From assembly GCF_009914755.1 (NCBI RefSeq), contig NC_060934.1: a stretch of DNA of 64,000 nucleotides, one strand, 5' to 3'. Position numbers and translations under genes: made by a program. The notes under the pieces are model-generated. The model searched no databases. It was not told the DNA's origin and worked only from the letters and a program-made list of their open reading frames with translations. Of this stretch, positions 31,429 to 43,569 are shown in pieces. The stretch is from the human T2T-CHM13v2.0 reference genome, Homo sapiens. Position 1 is the first letter of the stretch, and the number at the start of each line of letters is the position of its first letter.

Positions 31429-32609
31429 CTACAAAGTTCTTTTAAATAATGAACCTCCTTAGTGCATTTCAAGTAGGGTTCGATGTGCAGAGATATGATT
31501 TACATACCACCTTTTTCTACTTTTTCTTTTGCCTAATACTAAACAGATATTCTAGCAGATACTCATGAATATTCAATTTATGCCCAGTCTCAGAAAGTAT
31601 CAGCAAGGTGCTCCTAGCTTAGGAAAAAAGCCAGGTTTCTGAAAATAGCAGTGAGGCTCCTAGAGCATCCAGCTTTGAGTTTCCTCACTGAGCCACTACA
31701 GGCCTCCCTGTCTCTATCTAGTCAGCCTGAGATAATTCTGAATCAGCAGTCAGACCAAAGTTCTCAGCTTCCAGTCAGCTCAACACTTCCATTTTCTTTC
31801 CTGCTCAAGGCTCCATTCCAACCTTCTTGCGACAAATTTTCCTGGCACTTCCTTTGCACATCATCTGATTTAATAAACCTTACATTTTGCTGAGACCTCC
31901 ATGGATGAGAAGAATGAAGGACCAAAGTCTCTCTCTCTGTTTTGCTCTTCTTTCTCTCACTGCCATTCCTCTGGAAGCTGTCATTTTAGCCTAGAGGGAT
32001 CTCCTCTTTTGAACCTCTCCACCATTTATTGGTTTTGCTCATTTTTCCTGGTTAATTATCTTGTGGTTTATCTTTCAAGATTATTAAAAGCCAAATGAGG
32101 ACAGAGATAGTTGACTATATTAATAGTATATATCTATGACAGTAATCTGAATACTGCCTTCCAGATCAGAAATGCTAATGAGTATCTACAAAATGCTTAA
32201 TTTTTTTTCTTGAACTAACCATCTCCAATGAGGATGTAAGCATATTTCCTTTGGTTGAGAACATTTTTAATCACAGCCTAACATAGAAAATGCACAATTG
32301 GCAGCATCTGTATATTTTCAGGGATGCCCAAGTGTGTACTCCTAGATAGTATGTATTCTTCAAAGAAATCCATTTAGGAAGCCATCCATGGTTATTATAT
32401 TTTTAGTAATAATAACTCATATTTAACATTTACTGAGTGCTTAGTATGTGTGTTCTAAATATTTTACCTTTATTAACTCATGTAATCCTTATAGGAAACA
32501 ACCTTTGGAGAAGCAGAGCAGTGAAGAGGTTGAAAGGGTGTACCCTGCCAGACAGCACTGATTCATTACCCTGTATTCCTCTAGACCAAGAACACCTTGA
32601 ACATACGAA

Positions 32610-32847
32610 TTTTCTTTTAATTTTTTTTTCTTTTCTTTTTTTGAGACGGAGTCTTGTTCTGTCGCCCAGGCTGGAGTGCAGTGGCGCCATCTCAGCTCTT
32701 TTTTTTTTTTTTTTTTTTTTGTATTTTTTAGTAGAGACGGGGTTTCACCATGTTAGCCAGGATGGTCTTGATCTCCTGACCTCGTGATCCACCCGCCTTG
32801 ACCTCCTAAAGTGCTTGGATAACAGGCGTCAGCCACCATGCCCGGCC
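32610..32847 (-). mobile_element. Alu (Y/Sc-like) with internal deletion
   Basis: gttagccaggatggtcttgatctcctgacctcgtgatcc; about 90 nt of the right arm are missing next to a T22 run. Confidence 0.92.
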
Positions 32848-33128
32848 AGTTCCTGGTGCATATTAAATGTTTAATAAATATTTAATGAATAGAGGAATTA
32901 ATACATGAATGCCAATATTGCTTGAAACCTTTTTTGTGGACTCCATGTTGGAAATTGACAAGAAAGAAAATCAGTCTCATTATTCTATAATCACCCTTCA
33001 TTTCAATCCAGGAATGGTATTATTTTTAGCTTGATGAACCACCTTAATCATGAGACTTAGTTTCAACTGATCTTTGGATAAATCCACAAAGTCAACCAAA
33101 TTACCTTTTGATGGACATTAGTGTAAAT

Positions 33129-33360
33129 CAAGGTTTCTCAGTCTTGGCACTGCGGACATTTCAGACTGGATAATTACTTGTTGTTGGAGGGTTGTCCAGT
33201 GCATTGTTGTTTGGCAGCATCCCTGGTCTCTACCCACTAAATATCAATGGCATCCCCCCACCCCCTCCAGCCCAGAGATGTAATAAACAGAAATGTCTCC
33301 GGGCATTGCCAAATGGCTGGTGGGACCTGGAGCAAAATCATCCCTGCTGAAGAATCACTG
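33129..33360 (-). mobile_element. MER20
   Basis: caaggtttctca...gcagcatccctggtctctacccacta...gaatcactg; TSD gtgtaaat/ttgtaaac. Confidence 0.88.
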
Positions 33361-34619
33361 TTGTAAACCATTAGGAAGGTTGTTTTTTAAATGAGCTGCA
33401 AGTGTTTGTTTCTCTGACAGTTCTCAGAAAAGATATCCAGACATGATTTGAGAAACAATAGCATCTCTGGAATAAGTAACCCCTTCTAAGAGGACTACAT
33501 CATAGGGAACAACGCCGATTTTGATGTTGAAGTTCTTGTGAGTTTGTTTACATGTAAGAAAATAAATTAAATTCCTCATTTCATTGTCATGTAATACATC
33601 TTCCTCTGTAAAGGCCAGCAGTGCTTCTTATGAATCTTCTCATTTCTCAAATAAGAAAGGGACCCAGGGGACATATAGTGAAGGGGGTGAGGTGACTTAA
33701 CTTGCTCCCAGGTGTCCTGTCTGAGAGGCCTGTATTCTTTCTTTGACTGGTGCCCCTTATTCTACTTCTTTGGCAGTTCCTTCTACTTTCCTTCTAGCCT
33801 CTGCACCTGCCCTCCAACATGTGGCCTCTGAGGACTCACACTGCTTCTCTCGTACAGTGTCAGCTTCACAGTTCACCTCAGATGGCTTGCCGCCTGTCAG
33901 AAACGATGAGAGCATCTCTCCAAGAGTGGCAACCTTTTGCCTTTTCAGAGCCACAGACTCACAGCCAGCCCCACAATTACCAGTAAACACACTGGCCATA
34001 CACAGCCCTGGGGTTGATGAGCCTGTCATGGCAGATTGACATAAATGCCACAGCAAACACTCTTCTTCCTCGGCCTCGAAGCCCCAAATGAGAAGAGCAG
34101 ACGGCTGAACAGTTCACAGCCTTTAGCCATCAATTTGATTTAGCAACTGCTGCCACTCCGACAGCCCAGCAGCCAATTAGTGGCCCCAAGTCATCAGCAT
34201 TAATTTGTTCACATTTCTCCCTGCAAATTGCTAATTGGTTGAACTGAGCAATGGTTGGCCTGGGCTGCTGGGGAGGAAGGAAACATTTGAGCTGTATCAT
34301 TTCCTTGCTGAGTGTATTTAGATTAGAGGGGATGCTAAAGGACAAACTGCTCTGAACTCTTAGCAACTCAGAATGATAATCCTTTATAGCAAGGTGTCAA
34401 TTTTTATAAATTCTGGATAGTGTTCTATTTCTTTCAGGTTAATTAGCATCCCATTTGTTGGAGTTGTCTGAAGAATGACTAGACTAAAACATTTTAATAC
34501 CACTTCTTTATCAAGTCTTTCCATGTGTTTACATTTTGTTCTTGAAAACGAATAGTAAGATATCAACGATACCTTGCTTAATACTACCAGGGCGCTGCTT
34601 ATTCTTCACAGCCAACCTC

Positions 34620-35060
34620 TGCTTCTCCACTTCCTAAATCTTTGCTCTTCTCTGGCTTTGGTATCCTGGGAGACTGACTCCTATGAACTGCATCACTCAC
34701 TCTTGCCTTTTGGGTTGCCATCGGGGTTGGCTTAGTGAGAATCACAAGGAGAATAGAGTGTAGGAGGAGACAGGCATTTTTTTCTTGCCCCACTTCCTCC
34801 CTGCTTTGGTGCACATTTCTGGCACTGGGAAGCACTCCATAACTACATTCTCTGGCAGGGAACAACCCTCCCTTGGCTCTTTTATCATCAAGTCCCGGTA
34901 ATTTTGTTTTCCCTCTTTGTTTTTTCCAGGTCTGGATATAGTAATGGTAATACTGCTGCTAGTTCCAAGGTACTTTAGCAGAGTTTGATGGTCTTTTGAA
35001 ACCTGCCCGTACCTCTGCTGGTTTCATTAAATCCTCCTTAAAATACCACCTCGTTCTGCT
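34620..35060 (+). mobile_element. ERVL-class LTR (LTR33-like)
   Basis: gggagactgactcctatgaactgcatc...cttgccttttggg...cttcctccctgc. Confidence 0.5.
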
Positions 35061-35412
35061 ATTATTTATTTTATGTGCCTGATACTTTCTATATGTTTTT
35101 ATTCAGCAAGTGTTTATTTTGCTTATTCTCTTCAAGGGGGCGGATGTTCAGCTGTGGGCAGAACAGGTAGGATTGCTTTGTTCGTGGAATTTTTAATCTA
35201 GTTGGGATGTCAGAAATTAACTAATTAATTAGAAAAGAGATCTTTCACAGTAGGATTCTAGATCAGGGATTTTAGAGTTAATAGTGCCCAGTTCTAACCC
35301 TGGCTCCACTACTTTCTGATTGTATCACCTTAGGCAAATATTTAATCTTAGTTTCTCCATCTGTAAAATGGGGAGATCTGTGGTACCTACTTGTATTTAC
35401 TTGCTAGGGCTG

Positions 35413-36219
35413 TGTGTTAGTCCATTCCGCATTGCTATAAAGGAATACTCGAGACTGGGTAATTTATAAAGAAAGGAAGTTGGTTTGGTTCAGGGTTGAT
35501 ATGGTTTGGTTCTACGTCCCTACCCAAATTTCACCTCAAATTGTACTCTCTGTAATCCCCACATGTGAAGGGCAGGACCAGATACAGGTAATTGGATCAT
35601 GGGAGTGGTTCCTCCGTGCTTTTTTCGTGATAGTGAGTTCTCATAAGATCTGATGGTTTTATAAGTGTCTGACATTTCCCCTGCTTGCACTAACTCTGTC
35701 CTGCCACCCTGTGAAGAAGGTGCCTACTTTTCCTTTGCCCTCTGTCATGATTGTAAGTTTCCTGAGGCTTCCTCAGCAATGCAGAACTGTGAGTCACTGT
35801 GAGTCAACTAAACCTCTTGCCTTTATAAGTTACCTGGTCTTGTGTATTTCTTCATAGCAGTGTGAGAATGGACTAATACAGTGGTTCTGCAGGCTGCACA
35901 AGCATGGCACCAGCATCTGCTTGGCTTCTGGTAAGGCCTCAAGAAGCATCCTATCATGGTGGAAAGCAAAGGGGAAGCGAGTATATCACATGGTGAGAAA
36001 GGGAACAAGAGAGGAGGAGGTGCGGAGGCTTCTTTAAACAATCAGCACTCACATGAGCTAACAGAGCAAGAACTCATTTATTACCATGGAGAGGGCACCA
36101 AGCCACTCATGGGAGATCCACCCCCATGACCTAAACACCTCCCACCACGCCCCACGTCCAATATTGAGGATCACATTTCAATATGATATTTGAAGGGGAA
36201 AAATATCTGAACCATATCA
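35413..36219 (-). mobile_element. MST (MSTB-like) LTR, interrupted
   Basis: tgtgttagtccatt...aaccatatca; TSD ggctg/ggcta. Confidence 0.85.
35497..35880 (+). mobile_element. THE1 solo LTR
   Basis: tgatatggtttgg...ggactaataca, complete at ~385 bp. Confidence 0.9.
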
Positions 36220-36774
36220 GGCTACCATCACAAAATGACACAGATTGGGTGGCATATACATCATAAATTTGTTTTCTCACAGTTCTGGAGGCTAGAAGTA
36301 CAAGAAAAAGATGGCTGCAGGTTTGGTTTCTTCTGAGGCCTCTTCCCTTGGCTTGCAGATGGCCACCTTCTCTCTGTGTCTCCATGTGGTCTTTCTTCTG
36401 TGCACATGCGTATTTGGTGTTTCTTTGTGTGTCCTAATCTCCTCTTATTACAAGGCACCAGTCAGATTGGATTATGACACACCCTATTGACCTCATTCAG
36501 CATTACCTTATTAAAGGCCTTATCTTCAAATATGGCCACATTTTGGGGTAGTGGGAGTTAGGACTTCAATATATAAATCTTGAGGGAACACAAGTTAGTC
36601 CATACCACTACTTTATATGAGTGATATAAGGATTAAATGAGTAATACTATCATTAAAACACACAGACACACACAGGCACACACTCCATGAACACATCAGA
36701 GACTTAAGACAACCATTTCTTACTTTATGCTACATGTCTATCATGGGCCCTTTCTATCACACCTACTGAGGGAC

Positions 36775-37157
36775 TGTATTAGTCCATTCTTACGCTGCTA
36801 TAAAGAACTGCCTGAGACTGGGTAATTGATAAAGGAAAGAGGTTTAATTGACTCACAGTTCCACAGGGCTGGAGAGACCCCAGGAAACTTACAATCATGG
36901 CAGAAAGGGAAGCAAACACATCCTCCTTCACATGGTGGCAGGAGAGAGAAGTGAGTGCCCAGTGAAGGGGAAAGCCCCTTATAAAACCATCATATCATCA
37001 CATCTCCTGAGAACTAACTCACTATCATGAAAACAGGACGGGGGAAACTGCCCCCATGATTCAATTATCTCCACCTGGTCCCTCCCATGACACATGGGGA
37101 TTATGGGAACTACAATTCAAGATGAGAGTTGGGTGGAGACACAGCCAAACCATATCA
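36775..37157 (-). mobile_element. THE1 solo LTR inserted in an older MLT1J/K-like LTR (~36650-37400)
   Basis: tgtattagtccatt...ccaaaccatatca; TSD gggac/ggaac. Confidence 0.9.
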
Positions 37158-37756
37158 GGAACCTAGACTAATGGAGCAGCCACCATCCACTTTAAATATC
37201 ACTAATAGGTGTGCTAGAGGAGAAAAGAGTGAGACAAATCTTGCATAGGTGTTTTAAAGCTTCTACAACTTATAATTCATAGGTAAGGCAGGTCACAGGA
37301 CCACATATAACTTCAAAGGGGTGAGGAAGTATAATTAACCATGTGCCTAAAAGGTGAGAGAACCAGAAATATTTAGTGAATATAACTAATGACCATTACA
37401 ATATCATTATTTTTATTTCCCAGACAATAAAACTTACAGAAGTAAATGGAATTGCCTAGGATTACGAGAAAGTAAATGGTGTCATAGGGCTTAGCCCCAG
37501 GTCTATTTAGTCTAAAGACAATGTTTTTAGCCACTAGGGTATATGGAAACTCATTCTTATGAGTCCCATGTTTAGGCTAGGAACTTGAATTAGTAGGTGC
37601 TTTAAATATATATTTTGATCAGCTTCAAAAACATCCAGTCAGGTTGGATGGAAAGACCTGTTCTGACTTTCTTCTAAGACACAAGTAAAGACAAGCCTGG
37701 TTTTTATTCAATTCCATGAGTAAATTATTCACAATAAAGAAGAAAGCTTGATCATT

Positions 37757-38086
37757 GTCTTCTTCTCCTTTGTTTTCTTGTCCTTTCCCTCCGCCTTCCC
37801 TCATTTTTCCTCCTTCTCCTCCATTTCTTCTTCCTCCTCCACTTCCTCCTTCTCCTTCCCCTTCTCCTCCTCCTCCTGCTTCTCCTCCTTCTGCTCTTTC
37901 TCCTTCTTCTCATTCTTGTTCTCTTTCTCCTTCTTCTCTTTCTCCTTCTCCTCCTCCTGCTTCTCTTCCTTCTCCTTCTGCTTCTCATTCTTGCTCTCCT
38001 TCTCCTTCTTCTATCTCCTTCTCCTTCTCCTTCTCCTCCTTCTCTTTCTCCTCCTTCTCCTTCTCCTCTTTCTCCTTCTCCTTCTT
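37757..38086 (+). repeat. Polypyrimidine (CTT/CCT/CTTCTC)n low-complexity tract
   Basis: About 330 bp of almost only C and T. Confidence 0.95.
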
Positions 38087-38241
38087 ATAACATTAATACT
38101 AGGAAGGTCCAGTGCATCTGTGATCTGGAAGACCCTGACAGATCATGTATTGAGAACAGATGCATTAGAGTTCAATTGTTGCAATTTGGTGTGCCAAACT
38201 TAAATATTTCCTCTTGTGAGAGCTCAGAGATGCACCATATT

Positions 38242-39616
38242 GGTGCTGGGAAAATTGGATAGACTCAGGCAGAAGAATGAAACTGCACCCCCATCTCTCA
38301 CTATATACAAAAATCAACTCTTAAAGGATTAAATATTTAAAGGTAAGACCTGAAACTATAAAAATACTAAAAGCAAATCTAGGGAAAACTCTCCTGGATA
38401 TTGGTCTAAGCAAAGAATTTATGAATAAGACCTCAAAAGCACAGGAAGCAAAAAACAGGAATAGACAAATCAGATTTAATTAAACAACAAAGTTTCTACA
38501 CAGCAAAAGAAATAATCAACAGAATGAACAGATAACCTATTGAATGGGAGAAAATATTTGCAAAGTATTTATCCAACAGGAGAACTAATATCCAGAATAT
38601 GCAAGGAACTCAAAAGGAAAACAGGAAAAAAAACTAATAATCTCATTAAAAAGTAGGCAAAGAATATGATTAGACATTCCTAAAAAGAAGACACACAAAT
38701 GCCCAACAAGTATCTGAAAAAATTCTGAACACCACTAATCATCAAGGTAATGCAAATAAAAACCACAATGAGCCATCATCTTTCCCCAGTCAGAATGGCT
38801 ATTATTAAAAAGACAAAAAATAACAGATGCTGGTGAAGATGTAAAGAAAAGGGAACTCTTATACACTGTTGGTGGAAATGTAAACTACTACAGTCACTAT
38901 GGAAAACAATATAAAGATTTCTCCCAAAAGATGAAAACAGAACTACCATTCCATCCAACTGGGTATCTACCCAAAGGAAAACCAAAGTACCATTCCATCC
39001 TACTGCGTATATCTACGCAAAGAAAAATAAATCAATATATCAAAGGGATACATGAATTCACATGTTTATTGCAGCACTGCTCATAATACAAAGATATGGA
39101 ATCAACCTAAGTCTCTATCAGTGGATGAATAGATAAAGAAAGTCTGCTACATATACACAATGGAATACTACTCAGCCATAAAAAGAATGAAATCCTGTCA
39201 TTTGCAGCAACATGAATAGAACTGGAGGTCATTCTCTTAAGTGAAATAAGACAGGCATAAAAAGACTAATATTATATGTTCTCGTCTATATGTGGGAATT
39301 TAGAAACTTTTTACACATTGAGGTACAGAGTGGAAAAACTGATAACAGACTGGGAAGAGTAAGTGAAGAAAAGAGGGGAGGATTAAGAGAAGTAGGTTAA
39401 ACGGTGCAAACACACAGTAAGATGGAAGGAATAAGTTCAATGTTTGATAGCAGAGTAGGATGACTATAGTTTAAAAAATGTATTGTACTCAGGTGATGGA
39501 CATTTATACTCTGACTTGAGTACTATACATTATATACAAATTATATATATGTAAAAATTTCTCATGTACCCCACACACTTTTACAAATAAGAAAAAAGAA
39601 AGCAAAAAAGAGAGAA
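38242..39616 (+). mobile_element. 5'-truncated L1MA (L1MA4/5-like)
   Basis: ORF2 C-terminal and 3'UTR remnant; degenerate TSD agagatgcaccatatt / agaaatgcatcatctt. Confidence 0.85.
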
Positions 39617-40499
39617 AGAAATGCATCATCTTAATTCACCCCTTCAAGCCCAAGCCTGAGAGGGAGAGAGCAAAGCAGTCTGCTTATCTAGAGCGGCAGA
39701 GGGAGAACATCTTTAGTTTCTGGTTCATCTCTTTGATTTTGTAAGGAGAGAATTGGACTGATAATCCAGCATCAGAGGTTCCAATGCTGTTTTCTATCAA
39801 TAATAATTAAGCACATTGCTAACATTTTTGGACCTCTTTTCAGGATGAGAAAATCAAAAAGTTCCTCCCAGATATAATGTTTTATGATTACAAGTTTAAT
39901 AAAATAATATTCCACTGCTATTCTTTTCTAAAACAAAGAGGGCCCTTATTTTACCTGGAGTCCCCTGATTCCTGGGTACAAAATCTTAATGGTGAGGGAG
40001 GGGTGATCACTCATGTTGTTTTTTTGCTTATGTAGATTTTTCTTTTCCCTGGATTCATTTTCTCCCTAATTAGGGAATAGTCACTTTATAGCATTCCCCA
40101 AGGGAATAAGACCTGGTATGCTTTACCATCTGTCACAATTCTGATAGTCAGAAAATAACCACTTGCTAAAGACATAAATGATGGAATTAAGTAAGTTTAT
40201 GTCCTCTACAGTATAAGGCCCTGTGAAAATCTTAAGTAGCATAGGAGACACACCATTGTCCAGGAGGGGTTTTAGATCTGCTTAGAGGAGCAAACCAACA
40301 CACATGACACTGAGGACAAAACACAAGAGCGTATAGGTAGGGACAGTGAACTAGGACCTGGAATATATCTGGTGCTGGTTTCCTCTGGCAATTGTATCAC
40401 ATGGTGGGGTCTATTTCATCTGCAAAGGGGTCTGATAAAGATGAACTCATGTGAAGTTCTAACTCACATTTTACTATGATGACTCTACCCTCCCATGGG

Positions 40500-42510
40500 C
40501 CCTCAGCGATGCCGAGAAATTCTACTGCTTTTCCCTCATCCTTGCATGGTCTAATTCTTCTAGAGGACTTATGTATTCTCTTGCTCCTCCAATACCTCTT
40601 TTTTCATCTTCAGTTTTGGCTGATGACCTCAGTTTCTATTTCATGGACAAAACAGTAGTAATGAGAAGAAAACTTCTGCCAGCTACCCCAACCATATGTG
40701 CAACATCAGTATCCATGCATTCCCCTTTCCCTCCTTGTCCAATAGCTGAGTTCTCCATGCTTCCAAGACCAGCACCTCCCCTGTGCTCCAGATTTCATTG
40801 TCTGTCACCTACTTAAGTACATCACTTCATGGATATGTTTCACTCCCCCACTTCTCTCCTGAATCTTCAGCTCTTTCCTCTCTCAACTAGATTATTTCCT
40901 GAGCTCACAAACGTACTGTATGTTTATTTAAGATGAGATACGTGTGTGTATCTGTTCATATAGTTCAACTACTTTACCATTTCTCTACCCACTCTATAGC
41001 AAATCTCCTTGAGAGTTATTCCAACTCTCAGACAGAAAACCTGTCTCTAATTTATCTCCAATTCAGCGTTCGACCCATTTCTATGAGGATTTCATCGCTT
41101 CTAATTCCACTGAATGGGCTCTTGTCAAAATCACTAATGAATTCCATGTTCCTAAATTCAATAATTAATTATCAGACCTCATTTTACTTAACCTATCAGG
41201 AGCATTTGACATCTTGTATGATCACATGCTCCTTGTTAAAATCTTCTTTTCACTTGGCTTCCGGGATCTGACATCCTCTTGGTTCTCCTTTCATATAACT
41301 GAACATTTCCTTTCTGTCTTCTTTATTTCTTTCTCTGCATCTCTCTGACAGCCATATATTGGAAATATCTCAGAGCTCAGTGCTTGGACATTGTTCCTTC
41401 TCTTTGTACAACCATCCAACCTCATGGAGATAGATAGATAGATGGCATATATATTGGATTTGTCAATTTATAGATTACATATATGACATATAAATAGATA
41501 TGCCATCTATAAATTGACAAATCCACTACATATATGCCATCTATAAATAAATAAATATTCTATGTATATATGTGACATCCATAAATTGACAAATCCAAGG
41601 TTTATATCTCTGACTAAACATATCACGTGAATGCTACAGTTTTATATGTGCTGTCTTCTGGATATCATTGTTTGGATATCTAAAAGGTGTTCAAAAATGA
41701 CTTCCCAGACCCTCTTCCAATTTAATCCTTCTATAGTGTCAGTAAATGGTAACCTCATATCTCATGTTGCTCAGGCCAAAAGCCTTGGAATTATCCTGGG
41801 ATACCCTCTTTTTCTATACCCCACACTTGAACAAATCTTGTCATTGCCACCATCAGAATATAATCATAATCCTACTATTTTTAATCCCACTGCCCTGTTG
41901 TAAGTTACCATCACTGTTTATTACTTGGCTTATTATAATAGCTGCCACAATTCCTCCTTTCTGCCCATTAGTCTATTTTCAACACAGTAGTAAGAGTAAA
42001 TCTATGAAAACATAAAATACGTTACGTGTGTCTCAGCTCAAAACCCTCTGTTTTATTTTTAATGAACTCAGAATAAATGCCAAAGTTCGTCCCTTCGTGT
42101 TCTACTTTCACAATCCTTTTCTGACCTCCCACACAACAGCTTCACTTCTATTGCTCAAACACCGGAAGAAGGCCCCACCTTGGGGCCTTTGCAATTCTCT
42201 TCAGCCTGCATTTGCCCTCTTTAGAGAGCTGAATGGCTTAATCTCTCACCCTTCTCAGAGATATTGAAATGCCACCTTATTGAGAACTTCCATTACCTCC
42301 ATTTGTGAATAATGCACCCTTCCCTTTTCATCCTTATTTATAGTTTGCTGTATGTTTATATGTTTACTACCCGCATGTTCCAACAGAATGAAAGTTCTTT
42401 GAAGGCAGGGGCTTTGTTTTCCTTATGGCTAACAATCTCAGTGCCTACAAAAGTGCCTGAGAGCCAGGGGAAACTTAAAAATGTATGTTAAATTAATGAA
42501 AGAAAAAATA
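40500..42510 (+). mobile_element. L2 (L2a-like) long remnant
   Basis: tcaaaatcactaatga...ttcacttggcttccggga...ttgctcaggccaaaagccttggaatt...aagttctttgaaggcagggg...gtgcctg 3' end. Confidence 0.8.
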
Positions 42511-43569
42511 AATGAAGGAATTTAACTGAGAAGGGGCACTGAACCCTGATAACTACACATTTTTACAGTGTTTTATATGGGTCAGAGAGAAGAGAACAAA
42601 ACACAGAGACTAGAAATGGAAGGTTTCCTTTAATTTCCCAGCCCCCTCTCTTTATCCTACCCCTTATTTCCTGCCTTTAGTGATATATTTTTACAACTTT
42701 TGTTTCAACCATAACTCAAAGAGCCTTTTTTTCTCCTATTTGTAGAGTGAGAAAGCATAAGGAGAAATGAGGCCAATCTGTTCCCAGATATACCCAGGAG
42801 ACCACATAGTACCAATGTTCTAACAAGGTGGTAGAGCCAAAGAATGCTCTCTTTAACAGAGAAATAGCACAGAACACAATTTTGTGGAGGAGAATTAATA
42901 ACACAAGTCAATCAATCTACCTCTGAATGAACCTGTAATGCCTTACAGACTTGGCTATTATTCACAGATCCACCCATGACCAACACAGTTTCCAGGGAAT
43001 ATAAATCTGAGGCTGTCATTCAACTTAACAAGCAATGATAGGTTCTTGCATGCAGTAGAAATTTAGCGTTGGATTCCACGGTGGAGGGATGACTGGGCAG
43101 GAGAGGTCACTAAACAGATGAGATTCTCATTGCTGTTGCTGAGTAACAGGAAGGTGTGTCAGCCAGGAAAGTAAGACTCTTCGATGGAAGGCCTCACACA
43201 TCTGACAAGGGTACTTGGCTTGATTCCATAAGCAGTAAACAAGGAGTCACTGTCTTTTCTTAGCTGGGATAGAGGTGGGGAGGTGGTGAAAGCATTGTTT
43301 AGAGTGATTGAGAAACTCATCTGTAAACCATATTAGAGTGTAGTCTTTGAACAACCTGCAGCACCACACTAGGATGTACGCTTTTATTGGTCTGGAGTGG
43401 ACCCAGTAATCTACATTTTAATCAGAATCTCTGTGGGGGTCTGACAATTTGCATTTTTTAAGCCCACCAAGTCAATCTGATGTATGGTATATGTTAAATC
43501 AATTTGTTTTTCAAACTGGGTTGCAACCCACTAGGGAGCTAAAAATGAATTTAGTGAAATGCATCGGGC

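Larger units (their letters stand above)
35392..36607 (-). mobile_element. MLT1 (MLT1A/B-like) LTR, interrupted
   Basis: TG...CA ends, perfect 5-bp TSD ctact; pieces at 35392-35412 and 36220-36607. Confidence 0.85.
35240..36650 (+). mobile_element. MIR split by nested LTRs
   Basis: 5' part ...agtttctccatctgtaaaatgggga...tacctact (to 35391); continues at 36608 with ...aaggattaaatgagtaata. Confidence 0.7.

Noticed and set aside
37748-38203. 151-aa, 111-aa and Arg-rich (protamine-like) 78-aa ORFs
   Set aside because: Artefacts of the stop-free C/T low-complexity tract.
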